Both the position numbers and the translations under genes were made by a program. The notes beneath the pieces were generated by a model. The model made no database searches and was not told the DNA's origin. It saw nothing but the letters and a program-made list of their open reading frames with translations. This document shows, piece by piece, positions 10,546-19,987 of a stretch of DNA of 64,000 nt; the stretch's first letter is position 1, and every line of letters starts with the position of its first letter. The stretch lies in the NCBI GenBank assembly GCA_965116885.1, contig OZ220741.1, positions 3,200,001 through 3,264,000 of the forward strand. Direction: 5' to 3'. The stretch comes from Candidatus Latescibacterota bacterium. Its GTDB lineage: Bacteria; Latescibacterota; UBA2968.

Positions 10546-11214
10546 ATGATGCGTTTTTTAGTGGCATTTTTGTCGATGATTATTGTTTCAGTTCAAACCG
10601 TGCAGGCGCAACCGGCGGATGTCAAAAGTCATGTTACGGCGCTTAAAGGCAAGACGTTCTGGATTAAGATTGATTTTGTAGAGGTAAATGACGGGATTCG
10701 AGGTATTGATGCGGCAAATGTTTTTGAGAATGGGGAAGTTTCATACCGCGCCACAATAGGCGGTTTTCGCCAGTCTCAATCTCAGTCTGCAGAGGATTTT
10801 GCCGAAGAAGCTCGGAATATCATTATAAGAGATGAGCTTGCAGGGTGGAGTGTGCGGGTGATCCAACGAGGTGCGAAAGTTCAAATCCGAAAAGCCGAGG
10901 CAAGGGAGAAAGAAGTTTATATTGAACTCGACAGACTGTCAGGTGCTCGCCATGCCGTTCGGCTCAAGGTCAATAGAGATAAATACACGATTCCCGAAGT
11001 TGAACGTCTTTTCAATGTCGCTTTTGCTACAAGCGAAGCGGAGTTAGAAGGTGCAGAGGAGACCGTTTTGCTCAAAATGAATATGTCTATTGAAGAAGTG
11101 ATCGCCCTGAAAGGCAAACCCAAAACGCGCGTTGACCTCGGCTCCAAAATCGTTCTCACTTACGACGACTTGAAGTTGATATTCAAAGATGGGAAGTTGG
11201 TTGATGCGGAGTAA
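10546..11214 (+). CDS. Hypothetical secreted protein with C-terminal SmpA/OmlA-like motif
   Basis: Signal peptide (MRFLVAFLSMIIVSVQTVQA); tail MSIEEVIALKGKP...LIFKDGKLVD. Confidence 0.7.
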   Translation: MMRFLVAFLSMIIVSVQTVQAQPADVKSHVTALKGKTFWIKIDFVEVNDGIRGIDAANVFENGEVSYRATIGGFRQSQSQSAEDFAEEARNIIIRDELAGWSVRVIQRGAKVQIRKAEAREKEVYIELDRLSGARHAVRLKVNRDKYTIPEVERLFNVAFATSEAELEGAEETVLLKMNMSIEEVIALKGKPKTRVDLGSKIVLTYDDLKLIFKDGKLVDAE

Positions 11215-11578
11215 AGCATATAATGAAGGAGCTTATAGAAATTAATATTTCTAAACCACCATCTCCTACGAATCACTCGCAACTCGTCCAGCTATGCTAT
11301 CCCGTACAGTCCCTCCAGATCCCCACCCTATACCCAATGTCCTTGATGTCTTCGGATCCAGAGACAATGTGATTCGAGAGCACTTTCAGCGCGTTCTCAG
11401 TCTCTCTGCGCCAGCGATTCGGAAGTCAAAACCGCGGGAACGTCTACTCTTCACATTGCCGGTCGAAACCGGGCTTTGGATGCGAGATTCACCAGCTAAT
11501 GTGGGGCTTGTATTTTGTGGCTGTTTACGGCTCTCTTTATTTAATAGTCATCTATGACAAAAATTTATAGGCGCGATA

Positions 11579-11607
11579 TTGCCCTGTGTGCTCAGTTTCC
11601 TTATATT
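11579..11607 (+). promoter_or_regulatory. Putative sigma70-type promoter TTGCCC-N17-TATATT
   Basis: Consensus-like hexamers with a 17 bp spacer upstream of the relic ORF and TA pair. Confidence 0.45.
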
Positions 11608-11636
11608 GATTTGGTCTATAACAAAGTTGAAGCCCT

Positions 11637-11777
11637 GTGACTATCACGATTCATACGATAGAAGACCTCATTTGTATTCGGGGCGATAATTCTGAGTGGC
11701 CTGATGTGCCGCGCCCTATCTCCTCGTGCGAAATGATTGGGAAGCCGCGTGCTATGAACTCGCACTCAAGAAGGTAA
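11637..11777 (+). pseudogene. Probable relic of a hypothetical gene (46 aa, MTITIHTIEDLICIRGDNSEW...)
   Basis: N-terminus resembles the TIHTIEDLIR.LD.NPEW start of a family of longer coiled-coil hypothetical proteins as I recall it; similarity decays quickly. Confidence 0.4.
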
Positions 11778-11796
11778 ATTAGAGAAAGGTTGTGAC

Positions 11797-12024
11797 GTGA
11801 AAAATCAAGAAATTACAATTTGCGTAACGCCAGAGGCTGCTCGCGTTTATCAGTCTGCATCGGTACAAGATCGGCAAAAATTAAATGTTTTGTTAAGTCT
11901 GCAATTGAGTGGTTTGAGAAAAAAGTCACGTCCAATTGAAGATATTATGCGCGAAGCCAGCGAAGAAGCGCGAAAAAATGGTTTGACGCCTGAAATATTG
12001 AAAGAACTGCTTAATGAATCATAA
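11797..12024 (+). CDS. Putative antitoxin / small hypothetical protein
   Basis: 75 aa ending GLTPEILKELLNES; overlaps the PIN gene start; AGAAAGG RBS. Confidence 0.7.
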   Translation: MKNQEITICVTPEAARVYQSASVQDRQKLNVLLSLQLSGLRKKSRPIEDIMREASEEARKNGLTPEILKELLNES

Positions 12025-12436
12025 ATCGCGCTATGTATTCGATACGAATGTCATTGTTAGTGCTCTTCTTTTTGCCCAATCAACATCTGGTCGTTCATTA
12101 AAAATTGCGCTGAATCAAGGTGTGTTACTTCTTTCAGAGGCAGTCGCCGAAGAATTGGAAGAGGTGCTCCGAAGGGATCGTTTTGATCGCTATGTGAAAA
12201 GAGAAACACGCAAAGAATTTCTTCAATCGCTCATTCAAAGCGCAACATTTATTGAAATAATAGCGCACATAGAGATTTGTCGAGACCCCAAAGACGACCA
12301 GTATTTGGAACTGGCAGTCAATGGTAAAGCGGACTGTATTGTCAGCGGGGATGCAGATCTCATTGTTCTAAGTCCTTTTCGAGGAATTGACATATTGCCA
12401 CCTCATGAATTTCTAATGACGCTCGGTTCCAAGTAG
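12014..12436 (+). CDS. PIN domain putative toxin (TIGR00305-like)
   Basis: VFDTNVIVSALL, CRDPKDDQYLELA, IVSGDADL motifs. Confidence 0.92.
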   Translation: MNHKSRYVFDTNVIVSALLFAQSTSGRSLKIALNQGVLLLSEAVAEELEEVLRRDRFDRYVKRETRKEFLQSLIQSATFIEIIAHIEICRDPKDDQYLELAVNGKADCIVSGDADLIVLSPFRGIDILPPHEFLMTLGSK

Positions 12437-12515
12437 AGTCCCTACCTCACATCTCCTGTTTCAACGCTGGCAATATGGGCAGGCGGGCACTTCGCTTTGT
12501 GCCGGAGAGAAACCA

Positions 12516-12836
12516 ATGAAGCTAAAATATGCGGTGGTCTATGAACGCACGCCGAACAACTACTCAGCCTATTCGCCTGATTTGCCGGGCTGCATAAGCA
12601 CTGGAGAAACCTGGGAGGAGATTCAGGAAAATATTCGGGAGGCGGTCACCTTTCACATCGAGAGTCTGATGGAATACGGCGACCCGGTTCCCCAACCGCA
12701 GATGTCTATTGAGGAATCAATGGCTTTCCATTGCAAAGCCCTCAAAGAGTACAAGGATCCGATTCCTCAACTGGAGACCACAGTAGGCATAGCCGAGGTT
12801 GAAGTCAAACCATCACAGGCGGCAAGAGCAAGTTAA
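12516..12836 (+). CDS. hicB: HicB family antitoxin (no intact hicA adjacent)
   Basis: YSAYSPDLPGCISTGETWEE...REAVTFHIE motif. Confidence 0.85.
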   Translation: MKLKYAVVYERTPNNYSAYSPDLPGCISTGETWEEIQENIREAVTFHIESLMEYGDPVPQPQMSIEESMAFHCKALKEYKDPIPQLETTVGIAEVEVKPSQAARAS

Positions 12837-12933
12837 TATAAACAGACTGGATTCCAGTTAGCGCCGGAGTGACGGCGTGCTATGTGTGCGGCAGGTTCAA
12901 TAAGTACGATGTTTATATCTTTCCTATCTAATC

Positions 12934-13716
12934 CTATACATTTTCCAGCACATCTCTCATCGCTTTTCCCTCTTCGCGGAACCATTGCATTAAGATGCTC
13001 ACGTCGGTTCCCACGCAAAAGTGTTTCACGCCCATGTCCAGATATCGCTTCGCGCCTTTGGCATCTCCGAGTTCTGCCCGGGGCGCGATGCCCATTTTAA
13101 GCGATGTTTCGATCACGTATTTTTCGGCTTCTTGTACTTTTTCCCTATCATAGCCCGTGCTCAGAGAATAATCCCCTGGCCCGAACTGTATCATATCCAG
13201 GCCCGGCACGGAAAGCAGTGCTTCCAGGTTTTCGACGGCTTCCTTCTTTTCGATCATGATCGCAATAACTGAATCGCGACACGACTGAATAAATTCAGCC
13301 CCTCCTGTGTCCATACCAAACCGCACGTACCGGCGCATATTCACCCCGTGATGTCCACCATCCTCTGGCGTGTCGGGTCGCACGGTTTCCACACACGCCT
13401 TCACATCTTCTACTGTGCGCACGTCGGCGAATAAAATATTCTGAATGCCCGCACCTATGGCGCGGTTTGCAATATGTCCACGTGGGTCTTCCTCGACCTT
13501 GATCATTGCCGACATATCGTCGAATAGATCGATAGCCCGACCGATATTGTCCATGGTGTGTAAATCATAAGGGGCGTATTCGGATACGTATTCGATATAA
13601 TCAAACTGTCCCGAATATCCCACCATTTCAAATACCGATGGCCACGGGCTGTGTACGTGGGTTCCCAGGCTGGGTTGATCGGCATTGAGCAGTTCTCTCA
13701 GCTTATTTCGGCGCAT
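12934..13716 (-). CDS. HpcH/HpaI aldolase family protein
   Basis: GQFDYIEY, AIMIEKKEAVENLE, QFGPGDYS motifs; AAGGAGG RBS. Confidence 0.88.
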   Translation of the reverse strand: MRRNKLRELLNADQPSLGTHVHSPWPSVFEMVGYSGQFDYIEYVSEYAPYDLHTMDNIGRAIDLFDDMSAMIKVEEDPRGHIANRAIGAGIQNILFADVRTVEDVKACVETVRPDTPEDGGHHGVNMRRYVRFGMDTGGAEFIQSCRDSVIAIMIEKKEAVENLEALLSVPGLDMIQFGPGDYSLSTGYDREKVQEAEKYVIETSLKMGIAPRAELGDAKGAKRYLDMGVKHFCVGTDVSILMQWFREEGKAMRDVLENV

Positions 13717-13991
13717 GGTTCCTCCTTGAAGGTGTTATGATAGGGCGTCTTATTTCCTATGAATACGCAAAAACAGCGAGAAAATCCAGTGAACTTCTCT
13801 GCGCGCATCCAGACCTCGACAATTTTGGGTTGCCTCTTGAACAAGATGAAGATATACTATTAGTAAGATTTATATAAATTTATTTTTGTGAAAAATATTC
13901 GAGATAAATCATTGAAAAACAGCATTTTGTTATTTCGATTGCTGGGGTATAGAATCACAATTAACGAGGTATTTCAGCAAAGGGGGAAACA

Positions 13992-15380
13992 ATGTCGAAT
14001 ACCGATATTGCGTTAATGGCCCACCTGATGCGTCGCGCCGGGTTTGGGGCCACGAGAACAGAACTGGAGGACTATGTCGAAAAGGGCTACGAAAACGTCG
14101 TGGAGGACCTGATCGAGCCGGAGCGCTGCGATCCGGTTGATGAGGATATTTTGCACCGTTATTTTGGCAGCTTTGAGGCGGGTTACGTCGAGAAATGGAT
14201 GTATCGAATGATCCGTAGCAAGCGCCCGCTCGAAGAAAAAATGGCTCTTTTCTGGCATCACGTATTCGCCACCGGGGTGGGGAAAAATCAGCACCTTCTC
14301 GCCTCTGCTCGCCAGATCGATACTTTTCGTCGTGTGGGTCTTTCAAATATGCGAGAAATTTTGATCGAACTGTCCAAAGATCCGGCCATGATCTTCTGGC
14401 TGGACAATAACGAAAATCGCAAGGGTGAGCCTAATGAGAATTACGGCAGGGAGCTGTTGGAACTCTTCTCAATGGGCGTTGGCAATTACACAGAAGACGA
14501 TATTAAGAATTGTGCCCGCGCCTTTACGGGATGGACATTCGCACAGCCGCCGCCCCTGTATCCGCAAGGCTTTTACGATGCGAAATTCGTTTTCATTGAG
14601 GAAGACCACGATGATGAGGAAAAGACGTTCTTGGGGCATACGGGCAATTTCAATGGCGACGATATCATCGACATTATAGTCGAACAGCCTGCCTGCGCCA
14701 AATTCATATCCAGGCATCTCTATAACTTTTTTGTCACGGACGAGCCGCAGGTTCCATCCTGGCATGTGACTCCGCCGCAGGATCCCGAAGCGATTGAAAT
14801 TCTGTCAAATGCTTTTATGGAGTCGAAAGGCAATATGCGCCACATCCTGAGAACGCTCTTTAACTCTGACTTCTTCAAAGACGCGCGAGGGAAAAAGGTG
14901 AAAAGTCCTACCGAACTCGTTACGGGCATTCTAAAACTGATCGGCACCTATCAGCGTCCCGATCCGGGTATGGGAAGATATTCGGGTGCTACCACGTTAA
15001 TGGGGCAGAAATTGCTGGATCCTCCGACTGTGGAAGGCTGGCACACCGGCAGGGAATGGATTGATGGCGGCACGCTGACCGAGCGCGTGAATTTCGCCGT
15101 TCGCGAGGTAAGCGATGCGTCCAGGCCGGGCATACGTGGAATCATCGATCGGCTCAAAGCCGAGGGGCGGGCACTCGCTCCTGATGAGTTCGTGGAAAAA
15201 TGTCTGGATCTCGCAGGTCCTATGACCGTGAGTGATACGACCCGCGAATCTTTGAGCAAATTTGCGGAAGCAGGTGGCGATCTCGATCTATCTGCGGACA
15301 ACGGATCTGGGGAGAGCACAGATCGCGTGATACAGATGCTGCAACTCATTGTCGCTTCGAGAGAATATCAATTTGCGTAG
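13992..15380 (+). CDS. DUF1800 domain protein
   Basis: HLMRRAGFG, EKMALFWH, PNENYGRELLELFSMG, ARAFTGW, KVKSP, PPTVEGW. Confidence 0.92.
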   Translation: MSNTDIALMAHLMRRAGFGATRTELEDYVEKGYENVVEDLIEPERCDPVDEDILHRYFGSFEAGYVEKWMYRMIRSKRPLEEKMALFWHHVFATGVGKNQHLLASARQIDTFRRVGLSNMREILIELSKDPAMIFWLDNNENRKGEPNENYGRELLELFSMGVGNYTEDDIKNCARAFTGWTFAQPPPLYPQGFYDAKFVFIEEDHDDEEKTFLGHTGNFNGDDIIDIIVEQPACAKFISRHLYNFFVTDEPQVPSWHVTPPQDPEAIEILSNAFMESKGNMRHILRTLFNSDFFKDARGKKVKSPTELVTGILKLIGTYQRPDPGMGRYSGATTLMGQKLLDPPTVEGWHTGREWIDGGTLTERVNFAVREVSDASRPGIRGIIDRLKAEGRALAPDEFVEKCLDLAGPMTVSDTTRESLSKFAEAGGDLDLSADNGSGESTDRVIQMLQLIVASREYQFA

Positions 15381-15401
15381 CGTTCTGAAAGGAGGAATAA
15401 A

Positions 15402-16538
15402 ATGGCTTATAGAGATCGGATCCTCGTCATTGTTGAGTTGAAGGGCGGCAATGACTTCATGAATACGATTATCCCTTATACCAACGGCATATACCACGAT
15501 TGCCGGCCCATTGTGGGGCTTCGGCAGGATGAGGTTTTGCCGATGAACGACACGCTGGCCTGGCATCCCAATACGGTGCCTCTGAAGGAGATGTTTGAGC
15601 AGGGTGATGTGGCGATTGTGCAGGGTATCGGGTATCCCGATTCGAGCCGGTCGCATTTCAGGGCTATGGATGTCTGGCATACCTGTGAACCCATAGATAT
15701 CGGCACTGAAGGCTGGCTGGGCAGAGTGGTTCGGGATCTGGATCCGAAGGGGGAGAATGTCTTGACGGGCATTAACTTTGGAAAAGGACTTTCCAGAGCG
15801 CTGGCTGTTTCTGGCGTTCCCGTGACATCTGTTGACGATCTCGACAATTACGGATTGATGACCAGCATCAAAGAAGACCCAAAGCGAATGCAGGCTATTG
15901 AGATATTCAAGACTATGTACGAACCCGCGATTGGTACAGGTGTGGTGATGGATTATCTTTCGCAGACGGGCCTGGATGTCATCAGAGGTTCCGATGAGCT
16001 GAAGAAGGCTCCGGCGATGTATCAGTCCGATATGGAGTACGGAAGCAATTCGATTGCGAAGGCACTGAGAGATGTCGCGCGCGTTCACCTTGCCGGTCTC
16101 GGCACAAGGATCTTTTACACGCAGCACGGGGGCTATGACCACCATGCAAATGAAATGCCGTCACATCCCAAGTTGCTGACGGAGTTGTCGGAAGCAATCC
16201 GCGATTTTTTCCAGGATTTGCGAAACCACAATGCCTCACAAGAGATTGTCATGCTCGTTTTTTCTGAGTTTGGGCGGCGTATGAGGGATAATGCCAGTGG
16301 CACTGACCACGGTACAGGTGGCGGTGCATTTATCATCGGTGATGGTGTGAATGGCGGGTTATACGCAGAATATCCCTCTCTTGACCCATCTCGATGGGCC
16401 AATGGCGAAGACCTTGAGCATACAATTGACTTCCGCGGCATATACGCAACGCTCCTGGAGCAATGGATGGGAATGGATGCCACTCCGATTGTGGATGGGA
16501 CATTTGAACAGATCCAGCCTTTCAAAGAGGCCGTGTGA
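15402..16538 (+). CDS. DUF1501 domain protein, no Tat signal
   Basis: GGNDFMN, SRSHF, GGYDHH, SEFGRR, GTDHG, DFRGIY. Confidence 0.92.
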   Translation: MAYRDRILVIVELKGGNDFMNTIIPYTNGIYHDCRPIVGLRQDEVLPMNDTLAWHPNTVPLKEMFEQGDVAIVQGIGYPDSSRSHFRAMDVWHTCEPIDIGTEGWLGRVVRDLDPKGENVLTGINFGKGLSRALAVSGVPVTSVDDLDNYGLMTSIKEDPKRMQAIEIFKTMYEPAIGTGVVMDYLSQTGLDVIRGSDELKKAPAMYQSDMEYGSNSIAKALRDVARVHLAGLGTRIFYTQHGGYDHHANEMPSHPKLLTELSEAIRDFFQDLRNHNASQEIVMLVFSEFGRRMRDNASGTDHGTGGGAFIIGDGVNGGLYAEYPSLDPSRWANGEDLEHTIDFRGIYATLLEQWMGMDATPIVDGTFEQIQPFKEAV

Positions 16539-16558
16539 TAATGAAAGGGAGGTGAATC

Positions 16559-17554
16559 ATGGGCAGACCTTATGGCCTGTTGCGGGCAGGGTTTCCATTT
16601 TACAAGACTTTGGGTATGAGGCGGCTGACGAATTTTCCGATCGATATTGCTCTGGGCGAGGAAGGCTGTCTCTACATATTGTGTCGGAACAGAGATGCAT
16701 CGACGATCAGGAAGTACCATATCGATGACAAAGACCTGGGTACCGTTGGCCGTGGGCTTACGTGGGCGGTTTCAATTATTGCCGATAGCGAGGAGAATCT
16801 CTATGTCTCCGACGAGGCCGTGCATTGTATTTTGTCTTTCGACAAAGATGGCAAAGAGTTGGGGAAATGGGGTGAGTACGGCGATGGCGATGGACAACTG
16901 AACGGTCCGGCGGGTATCGCCTTCGATGCAGAAGAGAATATCTATGTTGCTGACAGCCTGAACCACAGAGTCCAGAAGTTTACCAAAGATGGTGAATTTA
17001 TCTCAAAGTGGGGGAAGTTTGGCGATGGGGAGGGCGAGTTTAACATGCCCTGGGGGCTTACAGTGGATGAACTGGGCGATGTTTATGTCGCAGATTGGCG
17101 GAATGACAGAATTCAGAAGTTCACTGGTGATGGAGAGTTTATCTTCGCGTTCGGGAAGTCGGGTAGCGGAAATGGGGATCTAAATAGGCCGACCGGTGTG
17201 GCCGTAGATGAGCATGGCGATATTTATGTTTCGGACTCGGGAAATGACCGGGTACAATTGTTCAATTCCGAGTCGAGGTACGTGCAGAAATTCCTGGGGG
17301 ATGCAACCCTGTCAACGGTCGCAATTGAATATATGATGACAAATGCCGGTCCAAATCGCCTGAGGGATATGGCAGACCTCGAGCCGCAAAAGTACTTTCG
17401 ACGTCCGGGAGGGGTGGCTGTCAATGGAGATGGACTGATGTTTGTAGCGGACAATGGCTCCTATCGGGTGCAGGTCTATCAGAAGCAGGCTGTCCCGCTT
17501 ACGGAAGAGCAATTTTCCGCGCCGAGACGTTCGCCTACACTTCACCAGGAATAG
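16559..17554 (+). CDS. NHL repeat beta-propeller protein
   Basis: Repeated GxGDGQLNxPxGIAxD..IYVADxxNxRVQKF units. Confidence 0.92.
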   Translation: MGRPYGLLRAGFPFYKTLGMRRLTNFPIDIALGEEGCLYILCRNRDASTIRKYHIDDKDLGTVGRGLTWAVSIIADSEENLYVSDEAVHCILSFDKDGKELGKWGEYGDGDGQLNGPAGIAFDAEENIYVADSLNHRVQKFTKDGEFISKWGKFGDGEGEFNMPWGLTVDELGDVYVADWRNDRIQKFTGDGEFIFAFGKSGSGNGDLNRPTGVAVDEHGDIYVSDSGNDRVQLFNSESRYVQKFLGDATLSTVAIEYMMTNAGPNRLRDMADLEPQKYFRRPGGVAVNGDGLMFVADNGSYRVQVYQKQAVPLTEEQFSAPRRSPTLHQE

Positions 17555-17632
17555 GTTGAACGCGTCGAATACAGAGGCCCTCATTTTTCGCTGGGGGCTA
17601 TTTTTTATGACTTCTTACCCTGTGTGCAAACA

Positions 17633-19600
17633 ATGAGCAATCCTTTACAAGCACACCTGTTATCTTCGAGAGAGCGAGAGCCATCGGTGCGCCCGGGCGC
17701 TATTGGCCTGGGGGTAGTGCTCACATTTTGCATCAACGGTTTCGACCCTATTTCCCGCTACTTGATCCACTCTTCCTCGTTCACACACAGCCAAATGCCC
17801 TTTGCCTTGCTGGTGGGGATTCTGCTCCTGGGCTATCTCTACAATCCCCTCGTTCGAAGGCGATTTCCCCACCTCGCTTTGACGCGGCGGGATATGGCTG
17901 CCGTGCTCGCTATTGGGTTTCTCGGCACAACAGTGCCCACCCTCGCCCAGCGATTTGTAGCCGTGATCTCGGCTCCGGATTACTACGCTTCTCCGGAAAA
18001 TGAATGGCCCACCTACACGCTGCCCAACCTGCAGCGCTGGTTGTTCCCCAGCAATGCCGGAGATGGCGTTGGAATGTTCTATCGCGGGCTGGTTCCCGGT
18101 GTGCCTTTGCCCTGGGAGATATGGGTTGGTCCGATCTTCTGGTGGTTCAGTCTGCTCATTGCGATCATGCTGGCCTGTTTTTGTCTCTCAGTCATTTTGA
18201 GAAAACAGTGGTCGGAAAGCGAGCGTCTGGCATTTCCCTTTGTCGAGCTTTCGCTGATGCTGGTAGAGAATCCCGGTCCCAGACGAAACCTGCCTCAATT
18301 TTTCGGCCTGCCCCTTTTCTGGATCGGGTTTGCGATTCCGGCAATTATGCTTTTTTGGAATACAGCAGGCCACTTCTTTCCGGGCCTTCCCACATTCGCG
18401 TTTCTCAATATTAGAACACTGCTCCCCATCGGACGGGGATTTATGCCTTTCTTTCTCCAGTTCGATTTCTACGTCATTTGTTTCGCGTATTTCACCACCC
18501 TGGAAATTCTCTTGTCGATGTGGCTTTTCCACATTTTGGGCATGTTGCAGGCAGGCATTTCCAACCGTATCGGGTTTGGTCCAAGAGGCTATGGTTCGGG
18601 GGTGATCTCTCAGAACAATTACGGCCTGATGGTTTTTGTGCTGTGGAGCCTCTGGATCGCACGCGGTCACATCCGCGATGTCTGGCGCAAAGCAATTGGA
18701 AAAGGCCGCGAGGTAGATGATTCGAGTGAACTGCTCTCCTATCGCACAGCAACCTTCGGTTTCGTCCTTGCCAGCCTTTTCATCTTTTTTTGGCTCTGCA
18801 AAACCCGGATGAATCCGGGGGTGGCCGTGGCATTTATGTTTTTTAGCCTGATTCTCTATTTGGGGATGGCCAAGATCGTGGCGCTCAGCGGATTGGTGTC
18901 TTTACGGGGTTCGGGACCTACCGGACCCGTTAAGGGATTGATCGGTATCTGGAATATGGATGATACGACGATTGCGGCTCTGAACCAGATGGGCACGCTT
19001 TACGGCAATGCAAAGGGATTTGCGATGCCAGGTGCGGTGAATGCCGCCAGGGCTGGCGACCACACCGATCCTCAAAGACGCCGATTGGGAGGGGCAATTC
19101 TCATTGGCGGAATTCTATCAATTTTCGCCTTTGTGATTACTACCCTTATTCTGGGTTATTACGGGCCGGGAGCTGAGAATTTTGGAGATTACAGTTATAC
19201 GCGAGGCAGCCGGGCCTTTTTTAATTATACTGTTTCGGATATCAAAGGGCGTCCAGATGCTGAAAGGCAGTGGTGGGACCTGGGCTTCGGAACCTTCGGA
19301 GCAGCGATGACTCTGCTGCTGATTTTTCTGAACCAGCGGTTTTCCTGGTGGCCTCTGCACCCGGTGGGATTCACCGTTTCCCTCCAGTATCCCACCCGCG
19401 CGTCCTTTTTTTCGGTATTTATCGCCTGGCTGATGAAAATAATTGTTCTCAAAGTCGGCGGTATTGAGCTTTTTAACCGCTCTCGTGTTTTTATTTTTGG
19501 CGTCCTCATGGGCTATACGCTGGGTGTTCTGGTTTCTTTTGTTCTGGATATTTTCTTTTTTTTGGGGCAAGGCCACCGCATGCACACACCGCCGCTGTAA
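17633..19600 (+). CDS. Polytopic membrane protein, DUF6785/DUF6784-like (putative transporter)
   Basis: Many TM segments; YYASPENEW, RKQWSESERLAFP and WWPLHPVG motifs. Confidence 0.75.
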   Translation: MSNPLQAHLLSSREREPSVRPGAIGLGVVLTFCINGFDPISRYLIHSSSFTHSQMPFALLVGILLLGYLYNPLVRRRFPHLALTRRDMAAVLAIGFLGTTVPTLAQRFVAVISAPDYYASPENEWPTYTLPNLQRWLFPSNAGDGVGMFYRGLVPGVPLPWEIWVGPIFWWFSLLIAIMLACFCLSVILRKQWSESERLAFPFVELSLMLVENPGPRRNLPQFFGLPLFWIGFAIPAIMLFWNTAGHFFPGLPTFAFLNIRTLLPIGRGFMPFFLQFDFYVICFAYFTTLEILLSMWLFHILGMLQAGISNRIGFGPRGYGSGVISQNNYGLMVFVLWSLWIARGHIRDVWRKAIGKGREVDDSSELLSYRTATFGFVLASLFIFFWLCKTRMNPGVAVAFMFFSLILYLGMAKIVALSGLVSLRGSGPTGPVKGLIGIWNMDDTTIAALNQMGTLYGNAKGFAMPGAVNAARAGDHTDPQRRRLGGAILIGGILSIFAFVITTLILGYYGPGAENFGDYSYTRGSRAFFNYTVSDIKGRPDAERQWWDLGFGTFGAAMTLLLIFLNQRFSWWPLHPVGFTVSLQYPTRASFFSVFIAWLMKIIVLKVGGIELFNRSRVFIFGVLMGYTLGVLVSFVLDIFFFLGQGHRMHTPPL

Positions 19601-19613
19601 TAAGTAGAGCCAT

Positions 19614-19656
19614 AAAAAAAGCGGAGAAATCCAGTAGATTTCTCCGCTCTCTTTTT
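19614..19656. terminator. Bidirectional intrinsic terminator
   Basis: AGCGGAGAAATC-cagta-GATTTCTCCGCT with an A-run before and a T-rich run after, between convergent genes. Confidence 0.85.
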
Positions 19657-19669
19657 ATCTGTGATATTG

Positions 19670-19987
19670 TTACTGCAAATAGTGGCTCGCCGGCATGCCC
19701 AACCAGCCGCGACTGACGTAATCTGCCATTGCAAAGGCAAATAGGATCAGCAAGAACAGGATGCCTGCACCTGCGAGCAACCAGGTCAATCGGCTGGCGT
19801 ATTTGACGTGCATAAAAAACAGAATCACAATCGTGGCTTTTGTGCAGGCGATACCCAGTGCTACCACGTCATTAAACATGCCCAATTCTTGATAAGCCAC
19901 CCAAACCGTTAGCGCGGTTAAAAACATCAAGGAGGCAAATACCGCCAGATAAATGCGTACAGTCGGGCCGTGGTGATCATCAGCCAT
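19670..19987 (-). CDS. ctaF: Cytochrome c oxidase subunit IV (caa3 type)
   Basis: Three TMs with KATIVILFFMHVKY; TGATG overlap with subunit III. Confidence 0.88.
   Translation of the reverse strand: MADDHHGPTVRIYLAVFASLMFLTALTVWVAYQELGMFNDVVALGIACTKATIVILFFMHVKYASRLTWLLAGAGILFLLILFAFAMADYVSRGWLGMPASHYLQ

Noticed and set aside
11250..11500. Possible tmRNA or other structured RNA (GGTTTCGACC hairpin on the minus strand)
   Set aside because: No GGGG 5' acceptor stem, T-arm or CCA 3' end; better explained as degraded coding DNA. An Rfam search would settle it.
11294..11557. 87 aa plus-strand ORF
   Set aside because: No RBS or motif; the opposite strand looks more protein-like.
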